From: an uncultured virus (IMG/VR IMGVR_UViG_3300032285_001110)
Taxonomy: Duplodnaviria > Heunggongvirae > Uroviricota > Caudoviricetes
DNA: 64,000 bases
Virus record (IMG/VR): IMGVR_UViG_3300032285_001110
Reading direction: 5' to 3' (one strand)
Shown: one piece after another, positions 34,400 to 44,378 of the stretch
How positions within the stretch are numbered: position 1 is the first letter of the stretch
Layout: each line of letters starts with the position of its first letter
Notes under the pieces: generated by a model
Database searches by the model: none
What the model was told of the DNA's origin: nothing
Seen by the model: only the letters and a program-made list of their open reading frames with translations
Position numbers and translations under genes: made by a program

Positions 34400-35671
34400 T
34401 TACCCTCCAGATACCCAAGTAGCAGGAGTCCTACGGAATCCTTGGTTAGTCATACTTACTCCTGAAGACCCTAGCTTTAAACTTACTTGGTTGCTAGAGC
34501 TTGCAGTGATATTTCTACCGTTCTTCACAGCTTCGTTTAAGTTTACCATTCCAACAACTGTATCGGTTCCTTGTCTAACAGTGGTTAGCAGGTTATTGCC
34601 TGTACCGTCAGTACCTGCGGTCATTTCAATTTGATAATCACCAATCCTGGCAAACATATGTTTTACTTCTTTAGCTATCCAATAGCCGTCAGTTTGAGGA
34701 CCTGTACCTTGAACTAGTACAGGATTAAATGGAGAAATTCGTGGGTCACCCTGGCACTTAATTTTTGCAGGCATGTTCATTCTCGCCATAGTAGCAGCTC
34801 CCGCAGCGGCACTTTGTGCAGAAGAAATATCATGAACAACCTGTTCAGAACGATACTCTGAAAACATTACGTCACTTACATTTGTGCGTAACGCACTTCC
34901 TACAGTATTTGGAGATGAAATACTAGTTACTACTTTTCCAGTAATTGGGTCTACACCAGAAGTGTGCTTTATAGCTCGCAGACTATTGGCATCCTCAATA
35001 TGCTCTCCCTGAAGAATCTTAATAGAGTCTAGAGTACGGTCTAAAACCTGAGTGTTAATAGGAGTTTCTGCAGTAGAAATACTTAAAACTGGAACACTTG
35101 TAATGCCTTGGTCAATTAGTTTGTCTAGTGGTCGGAAAGAGAAGTTCATTCCATCTACTAGCACTCCATACCCAATACGTTTAGCTTGTTCTTGAATCCA
35201 TTCCCAATAAGAATGCCCAGCCATAGTCAACTGGTCAAATACTCTGGTGTCATCTTCGCCAATAAATTTAAATCCAAAACTAGTAACAATAGAGTTAACA
35301 GCAGCTGGGATAGTTGTATTTGTGAATACTTTAGTAGCACGTTCTTTAAGCACAAATGTAGTTCCCACACAGTGAACTTCCATAAGGTTTTCAATTTGTC
35401 CAGCAGCATTACGAACTAAAAATGACACATATCCGTAAAAAGTTTTAGTGATGCTGCCCTGACTCCAAGTAAACTTGATTGGAACACCTGTGTTAACTAC
35501 TTCAAACCACAAATCTGCAGGCTGACTAAACTCCATAATTAGCACATCGTGATGATACTGTTTTTGATGAATCTCTACTCGCCTAGGTTGAACACTCAAC
35601 GTCGGAATAGTTGGAAGTTGTATAGAGTATGACGTACCTCTGCGGTATTTTCCTGTTGGTAAATTAGGCAC
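34400..35671 (-). CDS. Baseplate hub (gp27/GpD-like)
   Basis: FYGYV, SYWEWIQEQAKRIGY, GDPRI and DGYWIAKEVKH motifs. Start placed at the GTG overlapping the upstream gene. Confidence 0.78.
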   Translation of the reverse strand: MPNLPTGKYRRGTSYSIQLPTIPTLSVQPRRVEIHQKQYHHDVLIMEFSQPADLWFEVVNTGVPIKFTWSQGSITKTFYGYVSFLVRNAAGQIENLMEVHCVGTTFVLKERATKVFTNTTIPAAVNSIVTSFGFKFIGEDDTRVFDQLTMAGHSYWEWIQEQAKRIGYGVLVDGMNFSFRPLDKLIDQGITSVPVLSISTAETPINTQVLDRTLDSIKILQGEHIEDANSLRAIKHTSGVDPITGKVVTSISSPNTVGSALRTNVSDVMFSEYRSEQVVHDISSAQSAAAGAATMARMNMPAKIKCQGDPRISPFNPVLVQGTGPQTDGYWIAKEVKHMFARIGDYQIEMTAGTDGTGNNLLTTVRQGTDTVVGMVNLNEAVKNGRNITASSSNQVSLKLGSSGVSMTNQGFRRTPATWVSGG

Positions 35672-35939
35672 TAGGAATCCTAATAGTTGTACCAGCAGGG
35701 ATGGTAAATGGGTCAATTATCTCAGGATTAAAATCCATAATCTTTGACCAAAAATCAGCATTACCCATCATTTTTTGAGCTACCAAATCAATGCGGTCTT
35801 TATCTACCCATACATAGTAATAATAGTTTTCAGAATCATAAGGAAAATTACGTAGCACAGTAGTGCTGTATTGCCCAGTTCTACTATCGTATGCTTTAAA
35901 AAACTTACCGTTTGCGTATCTACTATCTGTAAAAATCAT
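35664..35939 (-). CDS. LysM-like / gpX-gp53-like baseplate protein
   Basis: DRIDLVA...WSKIMDFNPEIIDPFTIPAGTTIRIP. Confidence 0.82.
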   Translation of the reverse strand: MIFTDSRYANGKFFKAYDSRTGQYSTTVLRNFPYDSENYYYYVWVDKDRIDLVAQKMMGNADFWSKIMDFNPEIIDPFTIPAGTTIRIPSA

Positions 35940-35944
35940 AATTC

Positions 35945-37519
35945 CTACTTCTTTGTGGTTGTAGTAGTTGTAGTAGTTGTGGTAGTAGTAGTTCCTGAAG
36001 CAGACGTACTAGTTGTTTTAGCAGCATTGGCAGCTGCTGGGTCAGTTTTAGTAGACCCAAGGCTAGACGCTGCACCTCCGTAAGATGACGCACCAGTTGC
36101 GTAATCAAATGGATAATCAGGAAGACGGTTGCAGTTGAGGGTCATATTGGTAAACACAGGAACCATATCTTCAGTAAAGATAGTGTGGTTAAGACTAATT
36201 GAGTCAATAGTAACCAGGTACCTAAGTGATTTACCTAGATGTAGCTCAACTGGATAAGCTCCCAAGTAGCCAATGTCTGAGGTAGTAAACCCACGAAGTG
36301 TGCTAGGAAGTGCGTAACCGATAAGAGTACGTAATAAAAATTCTACGTCGTACATTGTTCCACGTTCTCTAATATCTTTAATATCTTCTATAGGAACGTT
36401 TCGTCCATAAATTTTATTAAAGTCTACAACATGAGAATTTTTACCAAGGTCAGGATTTAAACGAAGAATTCCTGGGTCAAGTTCAGTATAAGTTGAACCA
36501 CTATTAAAGTAATCGTAGATGTATTTCATATCAGGCATACGGTTTAATAGCAACTGAAATGAAATTGTAGATGAAGTTGCTGCTGAACCAATCAGTGGAA
36601 CTTTATCTAGTCCACTAAGTTCAAGTCCCATATCAACAGCAGGTGCTCCTGCGTAGTTCATTTCTACTGTGCCTGGATTATACAAAAACTGAAAAGCATA
36701 CTTACTTTTGTTGATGTTTTTACTAGCGTAGGTTTCGGGAGTATTTTTAGCAGAACTAGAGGAGCTGTTAGCTAGTTTAGGAATAACAAAGCTTTGAATC
36801 ATACCCTTGTGAGAACCTGTTTGTCTCCAAAGGTCCCATGCCTCGTTAACAATAGCAGGTCTATTTGGGTTAGTTACAAAAAGCACAGGGTTAACATCTG
36901 CAAAATAAGCGTCTGTAACGCCAGGCAAGTTATACCTAACTCCCCCAGTGTACGGCTTAATTATTGGCTTTGGCTTCTTATCCGAGCCGCCGCCGCCTCC
37001 ACCACCAGTAGTAGGACCTGCAACAGTAAGGTCTGAACCAGGGGCATTGTGGTCTAGTCCAGTTGAGTTGGTTAGAGTAGTACGCAATTGGTTAATATAC
37101 TTGTTAAGAGTAATCTTACTATCAGTCAAATAAGCAATTTGCAAAGCACGATTACCCGCTGGGGCATTAGTTCCAACATAAACATACGGCACGCTGTAGG
37201 TTTCAGGGCCAGCTCTAAATACCGATGTTGGTCTACTAGAACCTCCTCCAACAACTCCAATAACTTGCTGAAGGTCCTTACCTGCAATTAGCTGAGTAAT
37301 GGCATTTTGCATTTGGTCAGAGATATTTTTTAAATACCCAATTTTTCGTTTTTGAGCATTAGTTGACTGCTCTAGTTTTACCATTGCGTCTCGTGCAGCT
37401 ACCTGCACTGCAGTTACTTTGTCAGATTCAATTTGTGCCCCAATAGCTTTTTGTGCTGCTGCAAGCGAAGCAGCAGAAGGTTTTGGGGTAGTGGGGCTTA
37501 CTTTTGGGTTATAACTCAT
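35945..37519 (-). CDS. Tail tube initiator / baseplate-associated protein
   Basis: FQFLYNP and NHTIFTEDMVP motifs; lies between the tape measure and LysM genes; poly-Gly linker and poly-Thr tail. Confidence 0.6.
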   Translation of the reverse strand: MSYNPKVSPTTPKPSAASLAAAQKAIGAQIESDKVTAVQVAARDAMVKLEQSTNAQKRKIGYLKNISDQMQNAITQLIAGKDLQQVIGVVGGGSSRPTSVFRAGPETYSVPYVYVGTNAPAGNRALQIAYLTDSKITLNKYINQLRTTLTNSTGLDHNAPGSDLTVAGPTTGGGGGGGSDKKPKPIIKPYTGGVRYNLPGVTDAYFADVNPVLFVTNPNRPAIVNEAWDLWRQTGSHKGMIQSFVIPKLANSSSSSAKNTPETYASKNINKSKYAFQFLYNPGTVEMNYAGAPAVDMGLELSGLDKVPLIGSAATSSTISFQLLLNRMPDMKYIYDYFNSGSTYTELDPGILRLNPDLGKNSHVVDFNKIYGRNVPIEDIKDIRERGTMYDVEFLLRTLIGYALPSTLRGFTTSDIGYLGAYPVELHLGKSLRYLVTIDSISLNHTIFTEDMVPVFTNMTLNCNRLPDYPFDYATGASSYGGAASSLGSTKTDPAAANAAKTTSTSASGTTTTTTTTTTTTTKK

Positions 37520-39894
37520 TATAGCCGTCCCATGTTGTTAGTAAGAGTTTCTTGTTCAATGTAGCCCTTAATCATTTGGGCAAATTTACGGGCTTCAGAT
37601 TCGCTAGCTTGAGCAATATTAACAGTAATGTTAAAGTTATTACTCTTAACTGGGGCATCTCCACCACCCTTATAAGAGTTGCTAGTACCTGTGCTCATGC
37701 TTCCTTGAGCTCCCCCAAGTACCGAGTCACTACGCCCCAAAGAGCCTGCAGAACTGGCTGCTCCCTTAGCAATAGCTGCACCACTATAAGATTGTGGAAT
37801 TCCTCCAGCAGCTTTAGGGGCGTTGTAGTCATTGCTGTACCCCAAACCACCAGCAGAGTCAGCTGAACCATACCCAGCCTTAGCTGCATCTCCAGAACTT
37901 CCGATAGAAGTTTGACCACCGTTTACGGCTACTCCACCAACTAAAAATGGAGTTGGGTCAGTAATTCCATTAGGACCCTTTAGCCCTAGGTGAAGGTGAG
38001 GTCCAGTAGTATTGTTACCTGTGTTACCACTAGCGGCAATAACTTGTCCTTGTTTTACTGCATCTCCTGCTCTAACTCCAGCAGAAGTTAGGTGAGCGTA
38101 CAACGAGGTGTAACCATTACCGTGGTCAATTTCTACAACGTTACCAATTTCGGTACTGTAATAAGGTGCGTTAGCTACACCATCAGCAGCTGCTTGAACT
38201 GGAGTATTTGGGCCACAACCAAAGTCAATTCCATGGTGACCCGTAGCGTGGTTTTCATCAACAACACCATATCCAAGAGTTACTTTTGCACTAACTGGGC
38301 GTGCAAGTTTAAAACTTTTTTTAGTGTCAGTGGAAGTTCCCGTTTGAATAGTAGATGTCTCTCCACCGCCAAACATACCTCCAATAGCTCCACCAATAGC
38401 CGCTCCCGCCATACCACCAAGAATTGTTCCAAAAGGACCAAGAACTGGGTCAAGGAATGAACCCGCAATGCTTCCAGCAATTCCACCTACAGTAGATCCC
38501 GCATCAGTACTAAACTTTTTACTTCCCCAACCTTGCCCATTCATAGCGTCATTAGCAAGAGTTAAACCACCCATTACCGCAGCTCCAGCAGCCCCCACTT
38601 TACCAACACCAGATGGACGAGTGCCGAATCTACCTCCAGGTTTTACACTGCCTTTACCAAACCAACCTCGCCCAGCACCCGTATCAGTTTTGCCACCCAT
38701 CATCCTACTTAGTGCGGCATTTGTAACCATTGCTCCACCAATAGATGTAAGCCCAGAAGCAACTCCACCCGCAGCATACGCTGCTCCTTGACCAGGACCG
38801 CTACTCGCAAGTGTTTGAATGTAGGCACTAAGAGAACCAAACTGCTTAGCCAAAGCACCAGATGTCTGCTCTAGTTTTTCAAACATAGGCACAGCATTTT
38901 TCATACCTGTAATAAAAGGTTGCAAGGAGTCGTTAAGAGCACCTGTAGTAGCACTGTTCATTTTGTATTGAGAACTATATGGATTTTCTCCAGTACCGTT
39001 TTTACCTGCTTGACCTTTAAACATTGCATCCATGGCTTTCTGGTTGCCAAGGTCCATGTTTTTACCACTAGCACGGTCCAGTGTGTACTGAGTAAACAAG
39101 TTCTGTTGGTCTTGCGTCAACCCAGAATTTTGGATATCTACAGCTAGTGCACCACCTTGAAGCGATGTCTCCAGGTCACTACGGCTTAGCTTTTGTCCAG
39201 CAGTAATTCGATTGTACATCTGTGAAAATATTTGAGTAGCACTCTGACGCTTACCTGTAACTGGGTCTGTCGTCCAAACACCAAAATTACGCATCAAAGA
39301 CTGCGAAGTTCCACCTTGGGTAAGGCCACCAAGAGCAGCAGAAGCTTGCTGGTTACCCATGTTTAAGTATTTAGCTGCATTTGCAGTAGATGTTACTAAG
39401 TTTTTGTATTGACCAGCATTAACCCCTGTTCCAGTGGGGTTAATTCCCATACCGATAAGAGTGTTTGCAGTCTGAGCGTCTCCGCCAATTTCAGATATAC
39501 CACCACGCATCATGCTCATGGTATTAGTAGCTAGACCTTGGTAATTAGTTCCTGCAAATACACCAGCATTGTAGAACCCAGCACCACGAGAAAGTGATGC
39601 CTGCATGTTTGGCATCATCATAGCCGCACCGCCAATTAGGCCCTTGCCCATTTGGGCAATACCAATTAACGAATTATAGCCAAGATTTGCGGCCCTAGAA
39701 CTTGCTAAAAGTTCAGGAGCACTCATATTGCCAAACGAGGTAGGCATAACTGACCCACCGCTACCAGCACTTGGAACACCTCCCGCAATTCGACCAGCTG
39801 AGCCAGTCATGCGAGAAACTAGTGTCTTAATTGCACTGACTAGGGATTCTTCGACCTTAGTTTGTTTGTCGATAGAGTTGATAATGTCACCCAT
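37519..39894 (-). CDS. Tape measure protein with a C-terminal M23 peptidase
   Basis: Gly/Ala-rich helical body after the chaperone gene; HHGIDF, YAHL and TGPHLH M23 motifs. Confidence 0.88.
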   Translation of the reverse strand: MGDIINSIDKQTKVEESLVSAIKTLVSRMTGSAGRIAGGVPSAGSGGSVMPTSFGNMSAPELLASSRAANLGYNSLIGIAQMGKGLIGGAAMMMPNMQASLSRGAGFYNAGVFAGTNYQGLATNTMSMMRGGISEIGGDAQTANTLIGMGINPTGTGVNAGQYKNLVTSTANAAKYLNMGNQQASAALGGLTQGGTSQSLMRNFGVWTTDPVTGKRQSATQIFSQMYNRITAGQKLSRSDLETSLQGGALAVDIQNSGLTQDQQNLFTQYTLDRASGKNMDLGNQKAMDAMFKGQAGKNGTGENPYSSQYKMNSATTGALNDSLQPFITGMKNAVPMFEKLEQTSGALAKQFGSLSAYIQTLASSGPGQGAAYAAGGVASGLTSIGGAMVTNAALSRMMGGKTDTGAGRGWFGKGSVKPGGRFGTRPSGVGKVGAAGAAVMGGLTLANDAMNGQGWGSKKFSTDAGSTVGGIAGSIAGSFLDPVLGPFGTILGGMAGAAIGGAIGGMFGGGETSTIQTGTSTDTKKSFKLARPVSAKVTLGYGVVDENHATGHHGIDFGCGPNTPVQAAADGVANAPYYSTEIGNVVEIDHGNGYTSLYAHLTSAGVRAGDAVKQGQVIAASGNTGNNTTGPHLHLGLKGPNGITDPTPFLVGGVAVNGGQTSIGSSGDAAKAGYGSADSAGGLGYSNDYNAPKAAGGIPQSYSGAAIAKGAASSAGSLGRSDSVLGGAQGSMSTGTSNSYKGGGDAPVKSNNFNITVNIAQASESEARKFAQMIKGYIEQETLTNNMGRL

Positions 39895-40061
39895 TAGGAC
39901 TTCTTCAACGCCTTTCCTAGTTCATTTGCTAATGCAATCCAGTTCTTTCTTTCTCTAGGAGAAAGGTCCTTAATCTCAGTTAAGGTCCAGCCAGAGAAGT
40001 GGTGCGTTAGCACCAACCACTCAGCTAGCAAATCATTGTACGGAGTAATATTAGAGCCGAA
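39894..40061 (-). CDS. Frameshift-accessed C-terminal extension of the tail assembly chaperone (GpE'/gpT-like)
   Basis: 55-codon +1-frame ORF with no ATG or SD: FGSNITPYNDLLAEWLVLTHHFSGWTLTEIKDLSPRERKNWIALANELGKALKKS*. Its stop overlaps the tape measure ATG. Confidence 0.75.
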   Translation of the reverse strand, partial: FGSNITPYNDLLAEWLVLTHHFSGWTLTEIKDLSPRERKNWIALANELGKALKKS

Positions 40062-40863
40062 AGATGGCACCTAGATTTACTGGCACCACAATCTCACCAT
40101 CGCAATCTGGACACACCATAACAATGTCATCAAAGATTGGCCCAGAATTGCGACTTGCAAGTTCTTCTGAAATTTTATTTCGGTCTTGTAGTCCTAGATT
40201 CTGTATCTGGGACTTACTTACTACAGGGCTGCCGTTAATACTGACTACAGTATTCTCTAGAAGAATAGTCACCTTTTCGGCATAGTTTTTATTCGGGTCT
40301 GCTGAAATAGCCTTTTCTGCTACACCAGTAGGAAGAGTTACTGAGTATTCGTTTTTCTTGCCTTTTACCGTAAACTCACGGTCTCCAACTGGGTCTACAA
40401 GAATTTTAGTTTTGATATCTTTATCAATATCAATTTGAATATCTTTAGTTTCCTTGCATCCTGCACACCAGGAGTACACCTTTGCAGTAGGACCAAAAGT
40501 AGCTTTATAAATGCCTAATAGAATAGCTTCACGGTCACCAATAAGCAAATTGTCCAAAAGACGGTCATCAGCAGGCTTTTCTCCTACTGAAACCGTTCCC
40601 CGAGACAGGATAGCCGAAAACATCTTAGAACCAACGCCTGCTTTGGCAATGATTTCTTCATCTCGACCATTTAGTTCACGTACTTCAGCAGTACGGTAAA
40701 CCTCCCCAGTGAATGTCATGTATCCACCAGGAAGGTTTACCGTAGTGTCCGAAGGAGCAATAATTTGTGCAGGTTCTTCGTATACGGGCTCCGCAATTGC
40801 TTCTGCAAGAATCTGGTTAGCTTTTGCAGTATCTTCTAGAGCTGTAAATGTATTATTTTCCAT
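40051..40863 (-). CDS. Tail assembly chaperone (zinc-binding type)
   Basis: VRELNGRDEE, LLIGDR, CAGC and CPDC motifs; between tube and tape measure; ends ATC TTT CGG CTC TAA. Confidence 0.8.
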   Translation of the reverse strand: MENNTFTALEDTAKANQILAEAIAEPVYEEPAQIIAPSDTTVNLPGGYMTFTGEVYRTAEVRELNGRDEEIIAKAGVGSKMFSAILSRGTVSVGEKPADDRLLDNLLIGDREAILLGIYKATFGPTAKVYSWCAGCKETKDIQIDIDKDIKTKILVDPVGDREFTVKGKKNEYSVTLPTGVAEKAISADPNKNYAEKVTILLENTVVSINGSPVVSKSQIQNLGLQDRNKISEELASRNSGPIFDDIVMVCPDCDGEIVVPVNLGAIFRL

Positions 40864-40887
40864 TTTGTTGTCCTTGTTTATATGTTA

Positions 40888-41538
40888 TTAGTACTTAATT
40901 TCTTCAGCTGTGTCAGCTTCGTTCATGCTAGTTGCCCAACTGCTTGTCCAGCCTTCGTGAACTAGCGACATCTGCTCCACTAGGATAGCGTTGTCACCAG
41001 CACTTAGGTCTGAGTAAGCTAGCGAAGTAATCCAGGCGTTGTAAACACGGAATCGCATTGATACGTGGTCGTCCTGAGACCCCTGACCAATAGTTCCTAC
41101 TGTGGCAGTAACACCATTAGTTGAGCCAGCACCAGTAGCAATAGACGCAACGGGGTGGCTTAGTACGTCGATGATTACGTCGCAACGGAAGTTGCTTGCC
41201 GAGCCACGAACAGTAGTTCCCTGAACAGTCTGGAATAGCTGCTGCATCCAGTCCCAGTTCTGACGAGTACCAATTTGTACACCACGCTGTAGCTGTAATG
41301 GAGCAAACGAACTCTGGCCAGGAATCTGGTGAACAGTGGTGTTGTATCCACCTTCACGATAAGGAATCGAGTCAGTAGTTACTGCCATACCAGTTACCGA
41401 AGTAAAGCCGAAGGAAATATCCTTGAGCTTCTTAGCCCAGTCCTGGCTTTGGTCCTGAGGAATGAAACGAACAAGAAATCGGAAATTTCTAATCGGGTCA
41501 GTAGCAATAGTTGAACGGTTATTTAGGATAGTTGCCAT
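40888..41538 (-). CDS. Tail tube protein (T4 gp19-like)
   Basis: DPIRNFRF, YREGG...HQIPG, LQRG and NAW...SDLSA..N...EQMSLVHEG motifs. Confidence 0.92.
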   Translation of the reverse strand: MATILNNRSTIATDPIRNFRFLVRFIPQDQSQDWAKKLKDISFGFTSVTGMAVTTDSIPYREGGYNTTVHQIPGQSSFAPLQLQRGVQIGTRQNWDWMQQLFQTVQGTTVRGSASNFRCDVIIDVLSHPVASIATGAGSTNGVTATVGTIGQGSQDDHVSMRFRVYNAWITSLAYSDLSAGDNAILVEQMSLVHEGWTSSWATSMNEADTAEEIKY

Positions 41539-41552
41539 TTGTGTCTATCTCC

Positions 41553-43166
41553 TTACGCAGCGGTAATCTGGCTGAGGTTAATTACTACAAACTCTGCAGG
41601 GTACTGAAGAGCAACGCCAACCTCGACGTGTACTTCACCTAGAGCGATTGTAGTAGGGGTATTGTTTTCAGCGTCTACCTTTACGTAGAACGAAGAAACA
41701 GAGCTAATGCCTCGAAGACCACCCTGATTACGGTATTCGTTTAGGAACACTGTAATGCTGGTGCTCAACTGAGCCCAAAGCTTGTAATCATTGTTCTGCA
41801 TTACGGCAAACTGAGTGATGTCACGCAGACGCTTCTTAATGTAGATTAGGCTACGACGCATGTTGACGTAACGGTTAGCAGTACCATCCTGAAGAAGAGT
41901 ACGTGCACCCATTACAACAATTCCAGCACCTGGAAGGTTACGGATTGCGTTTAGTGGAACAGTAGCACTGTTTAGGGTGTCTAGGTCAGTATTGCTAAAG
42001 GTACGCTCTAGAGAAAGAGCACCACGAACATTTGCCTGAACACCTGCAGGAGCCTTGAAAGGACCAAAACTCTTGTCAGTACTGATGTAAAGACCAGCAG
42101 CAGCCGAAGCAGGGCCAACTTTACGAAGAGCACCAGTAGCACCTAGTGGGTCACCAATGTAGTAGTTAGGGTAGTAAAGAGCACCCTGGCTTGACTTAGT
42201 GGTGATGGTAGTGCTTGCGTAGGTAGTTGCAGCACTTGTGCCGTAGCTTGGAGGAGTGTCAAGAACAGCAAAGCCCTGACCACCGTTAGCCCAAGTTACT
42301 AGTGCATTGTGAACAGTTGCGGTAGCAGTTGCAGCAGCAGTGGCTGCAGTTGCGTCTGTAACAGACTGTAGCTTCTGGTCTACGTAGAACTTAGCGTAAA
42401 CCTCAGGAGCAAATACCACGAGTGGACGGTCAACCTGGTCAAGCTGCGAAGTACCATCAGTAGCAAGAGCAGTGCTGAAGTCCGAAGCAGCAACATACGC
42501 ATTTGCAGCCGAGTTAGAACCATTAGTCAATGGAACAACGGCACTAGCGGCCTGAGTTGCTGCAGTCTTAGTAGTGTCTGTACCTGAAATCTTAATGTAA
42601 GCAGACGAGTTGTTTACTACAGTTTCGATAAAGTTACTTGCGGTTACATCAGTAGTAATTAGGCCAGTGTACTGCTCTACTACAGCATCGTTTGTCGAGT
42701 CTGTGTTAGAAGAAGTTGAAGGGTACAAGTAAGCACTCTGAACCTCTTTGTAAACAGTTAGGTTAAAAGTAGCTACGCTGTTAATAGTTGGTCCGTTAGT
42801 TACCTGTACACGAAGGTTGTTTCCATCAGTGCCTCGGCTAAGTGCGGTTACAGTAGCTAGTGTACCTGAAGTAGCAGGTAGAGAAGCGTAAGCAGCAACT
42901 GCGTCAGACTGAAGTACACGCTTTACGTATAGCTCGCCACCACCGTTGTTAAAAAACTGTGCTACACCAAACGTTGCTGGGTACTTGGCATTGTAACCAC
43001 CAAAGTTCTTAGCAAAGTCATACCACGAACGTACTAGAGTAAGGGTCTCAGGACCCTTTTCGAATGCTCCAACAGCGGCACCAGCAGCGTTAGCTGTACC
43101 AGTAGCACCCAGTGGAGCTGGGATTAGAGTCTCACTAATGTAGACTCCAGGACGACCATAGGTCAT
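41553..43166 (-). CDS. Contractile tail sheath protein
   Basis: RPGVYISE, FKAPAG, GARTL, YVNMRR, FYVKVDAENN and PAEFV motifs. Confidence 0.95.
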   Translation of the reverse strand: MTYGRPGVYISETLIPAPLGATGTANAAGAAVGAFEKGPETLTLVRSWYDFAKNFGGYNAKYPATFGVAQFFNNGGGELYVKRVLQSDAVAAYASLPATSGTLATVTALSRGTDGNNLRVQVTNGPTINSVATFNLTVYKEVQSAYLYPSTSSNTDSTNDAVVEQYTGLITTDVTASNFIETVVNNSSAYIKISGTDTTKTAATQAASAVVPLTNGSNSAANAYVAASDFSTALATDGTSQLDQVDRPLVVFAPEVYAKFYVDQKLQSVTDATAATAAATATATVHNALVTWANGGQGFAVLDTPPSYGTSAATTYASTTITTKSSQGALYYPNYYIGDPLGATGALRKVGPASAAAGLYISTDKSFGPFKAPAGVQANVRGALSLERTFSNTDLDTLNSATVPLNAIRNLPGAGIVVMGARTLLQDGTANRYVNMRRSLIYIKKRLRDITQFAVMQNNDYKLWAQLSTSITVFLNEYRNQGGLRGISSVSSFYVKVDAENNTPTTIALGEVHVEVGVALQYPAEFVVINLSQITAA

Positions 43167-43177
43167 AGTTTATCTCC

Positions 43178-43795
43178 TTAAATAGTTATTCTTTGGGTGC
43201 CAGGTTGTGTCGGAAGATTAATCGGAGTCAAACCGCCAACGACGGTATGTACAGGGAATAGTTCGTTGTATGTAATTTCTGGGATTTCGCTTGAAATGCG
43301 AACAGTAATTGAGTTTACGAATAAACGCTTTGCCTGTTCTGTAGCATTTCGTTTTGAAACATCCATAACTTCTAAACGACGAATAGTGCCATCGTCAAGT
43401 TCTAGCTGTCCAAATCTAAGTGGCAGTTTTACTGCAAGTAACTGCATCATAATCTGTCGGTCATGTACGGGATTACGTGAATAAACCGTAACTTGGTAAT
43501 CAATATTTACAGGAATAGGCAAGTGTTGACGAAACCCACTAGTGCTAGGTAGGTTTGCAGGACGAAGATAGGCAGCACTTGTGTCTCCACGCATTTCACG
43601 TTCTGCATCACGATTGATATCAACCATGTCAAGAGTTATGTAGGGGTAACTTTGCTCACGAAGTTCCTGGTCAGGTTGGCCAAACCATACTCGTACTTGA
43701 CGAGGAGTGGCATCACCAGTTGCTTTTTGGTCAGTGACAGTAACCCCGTTTAACCAATTACGGAGAGCAGCATCCTCAGAAAATAAAAAAGTCAT
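43178..43795 (-). CDS. Tail terminator / sheath-completion protein
   Basis: Directly upstream of the sheath; WFGQPD...YPYIT and PVNIDYQV motifs. Confidence 0.65.
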   Translation of the reverse strand: MTFLFSEDAALRNWLNGVTVTDQKATGDATPRQVRVWFGQPDQELREQSYPYITLDMVDINRDAEREMRGDTSAAYLRPANLPSTSGFRQHLPIPVNIDYQVTVYSRNPVHDRQIMMQLLAVKLPLRFGQLELDDGTIRRLEVMDVSKRNATEQAKRLFVNSITVRISSEIPEITYNELFPVHTVVGGLTPINLPTQPGTQRITI

Positions 43796-44100
43796 TTCTT
43801 ACCTCCTGCATGGTGATTAAGTGCTTCTCTTAATGGCATTTCTGTGTTTTCACTACGGTTAAAGAACTTACGAATAGCAGCTGTAGGAGGAACATTTTCA
43901 GTTCCATATTCGTGTACAAAAGCCCTATCCTGATAATCAGGGTGAGTATGTACTCCAAATTTGCCATTTTCGTATTTTACGTGGGTATGGGCAACTACAT
44001 CTGAATCCCAGCCATGCTGGAGAGCGTGCTTTCGGAAAGAGTGCGTGGCAACTTTAGTTGCGTCTTCGATTGCTTTGATTGCGGCTTCTTTTAGTTCCAT
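43792..44100 (-). CDS. Putative neck/tail-completion protein
   Basis: HEYGT..PP.AAIR motif and position. Confidence 0.55.
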   Translation of the reverse strand: MELKEAAIKAIEDATKVATHSFRKHALQHGWDSDVVAHTHVKYENGKFGVHTHPDYQDRAFVHEYGTENVPPTAAIRKFFNRSENTEMPLREALNHHAGGKK

Positions 44101-44261
44101 TACTTATTGCCTGTACGCTTGGCGATTCTTCCGCCTACGTACCCAGCAATTATCGCTAAAAGAACATCTCGTTTGTGAATTGGACTAGCACCCAAGAGTC
44201 CTTTTACAAACTCTTCACGCTCTGGTGGGTTAGCACCTGGAATCCAATTTGGAACAGACAT
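44100..44261 (-). CDS. 53-aa hypothetical protein (not in ORF track)
   Basis: SD AAGGA; MSVPNWIPGANPPEREEFVKGLLGASPIHKRDVLLAIIAGYVGGRIAKRTGNK*; TAATG-coupled. Confidence 0.65.
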   Translation of the reverse strand: MSVPNWIPGANPPEREEFVKGLLGASPIHKRDVLLAIIAGYVGGRIAKRTGNK

Positions 44262-44333
44262 CGCACAATCCTTTTAAGGAGCAAACTACTGAAGGTAGGC
44301 AGATATCCGCACGAATACCTACGTACTAAGAGT

Positions 44334-44360
44334 AAAAGAAAAGCCCTCAAAAAGAGGGCT
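44334..44360 (-). terminator. Intrinsic terminator
   Basis: AGCCCUC-UUUUU-GAGGGCU followed by UUUCUUUU. Confidence 0.75.
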
Positions 44361-44378
44361 AAACTTTGTTTGTGTCGG

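Noticed and set aside
29012..43795. Bacterial extracellular contractile injection system or tailocin
   Set aside because: Capsid, neck, tape measure and a full replication module are contiguous with it, so it is a phage tail.
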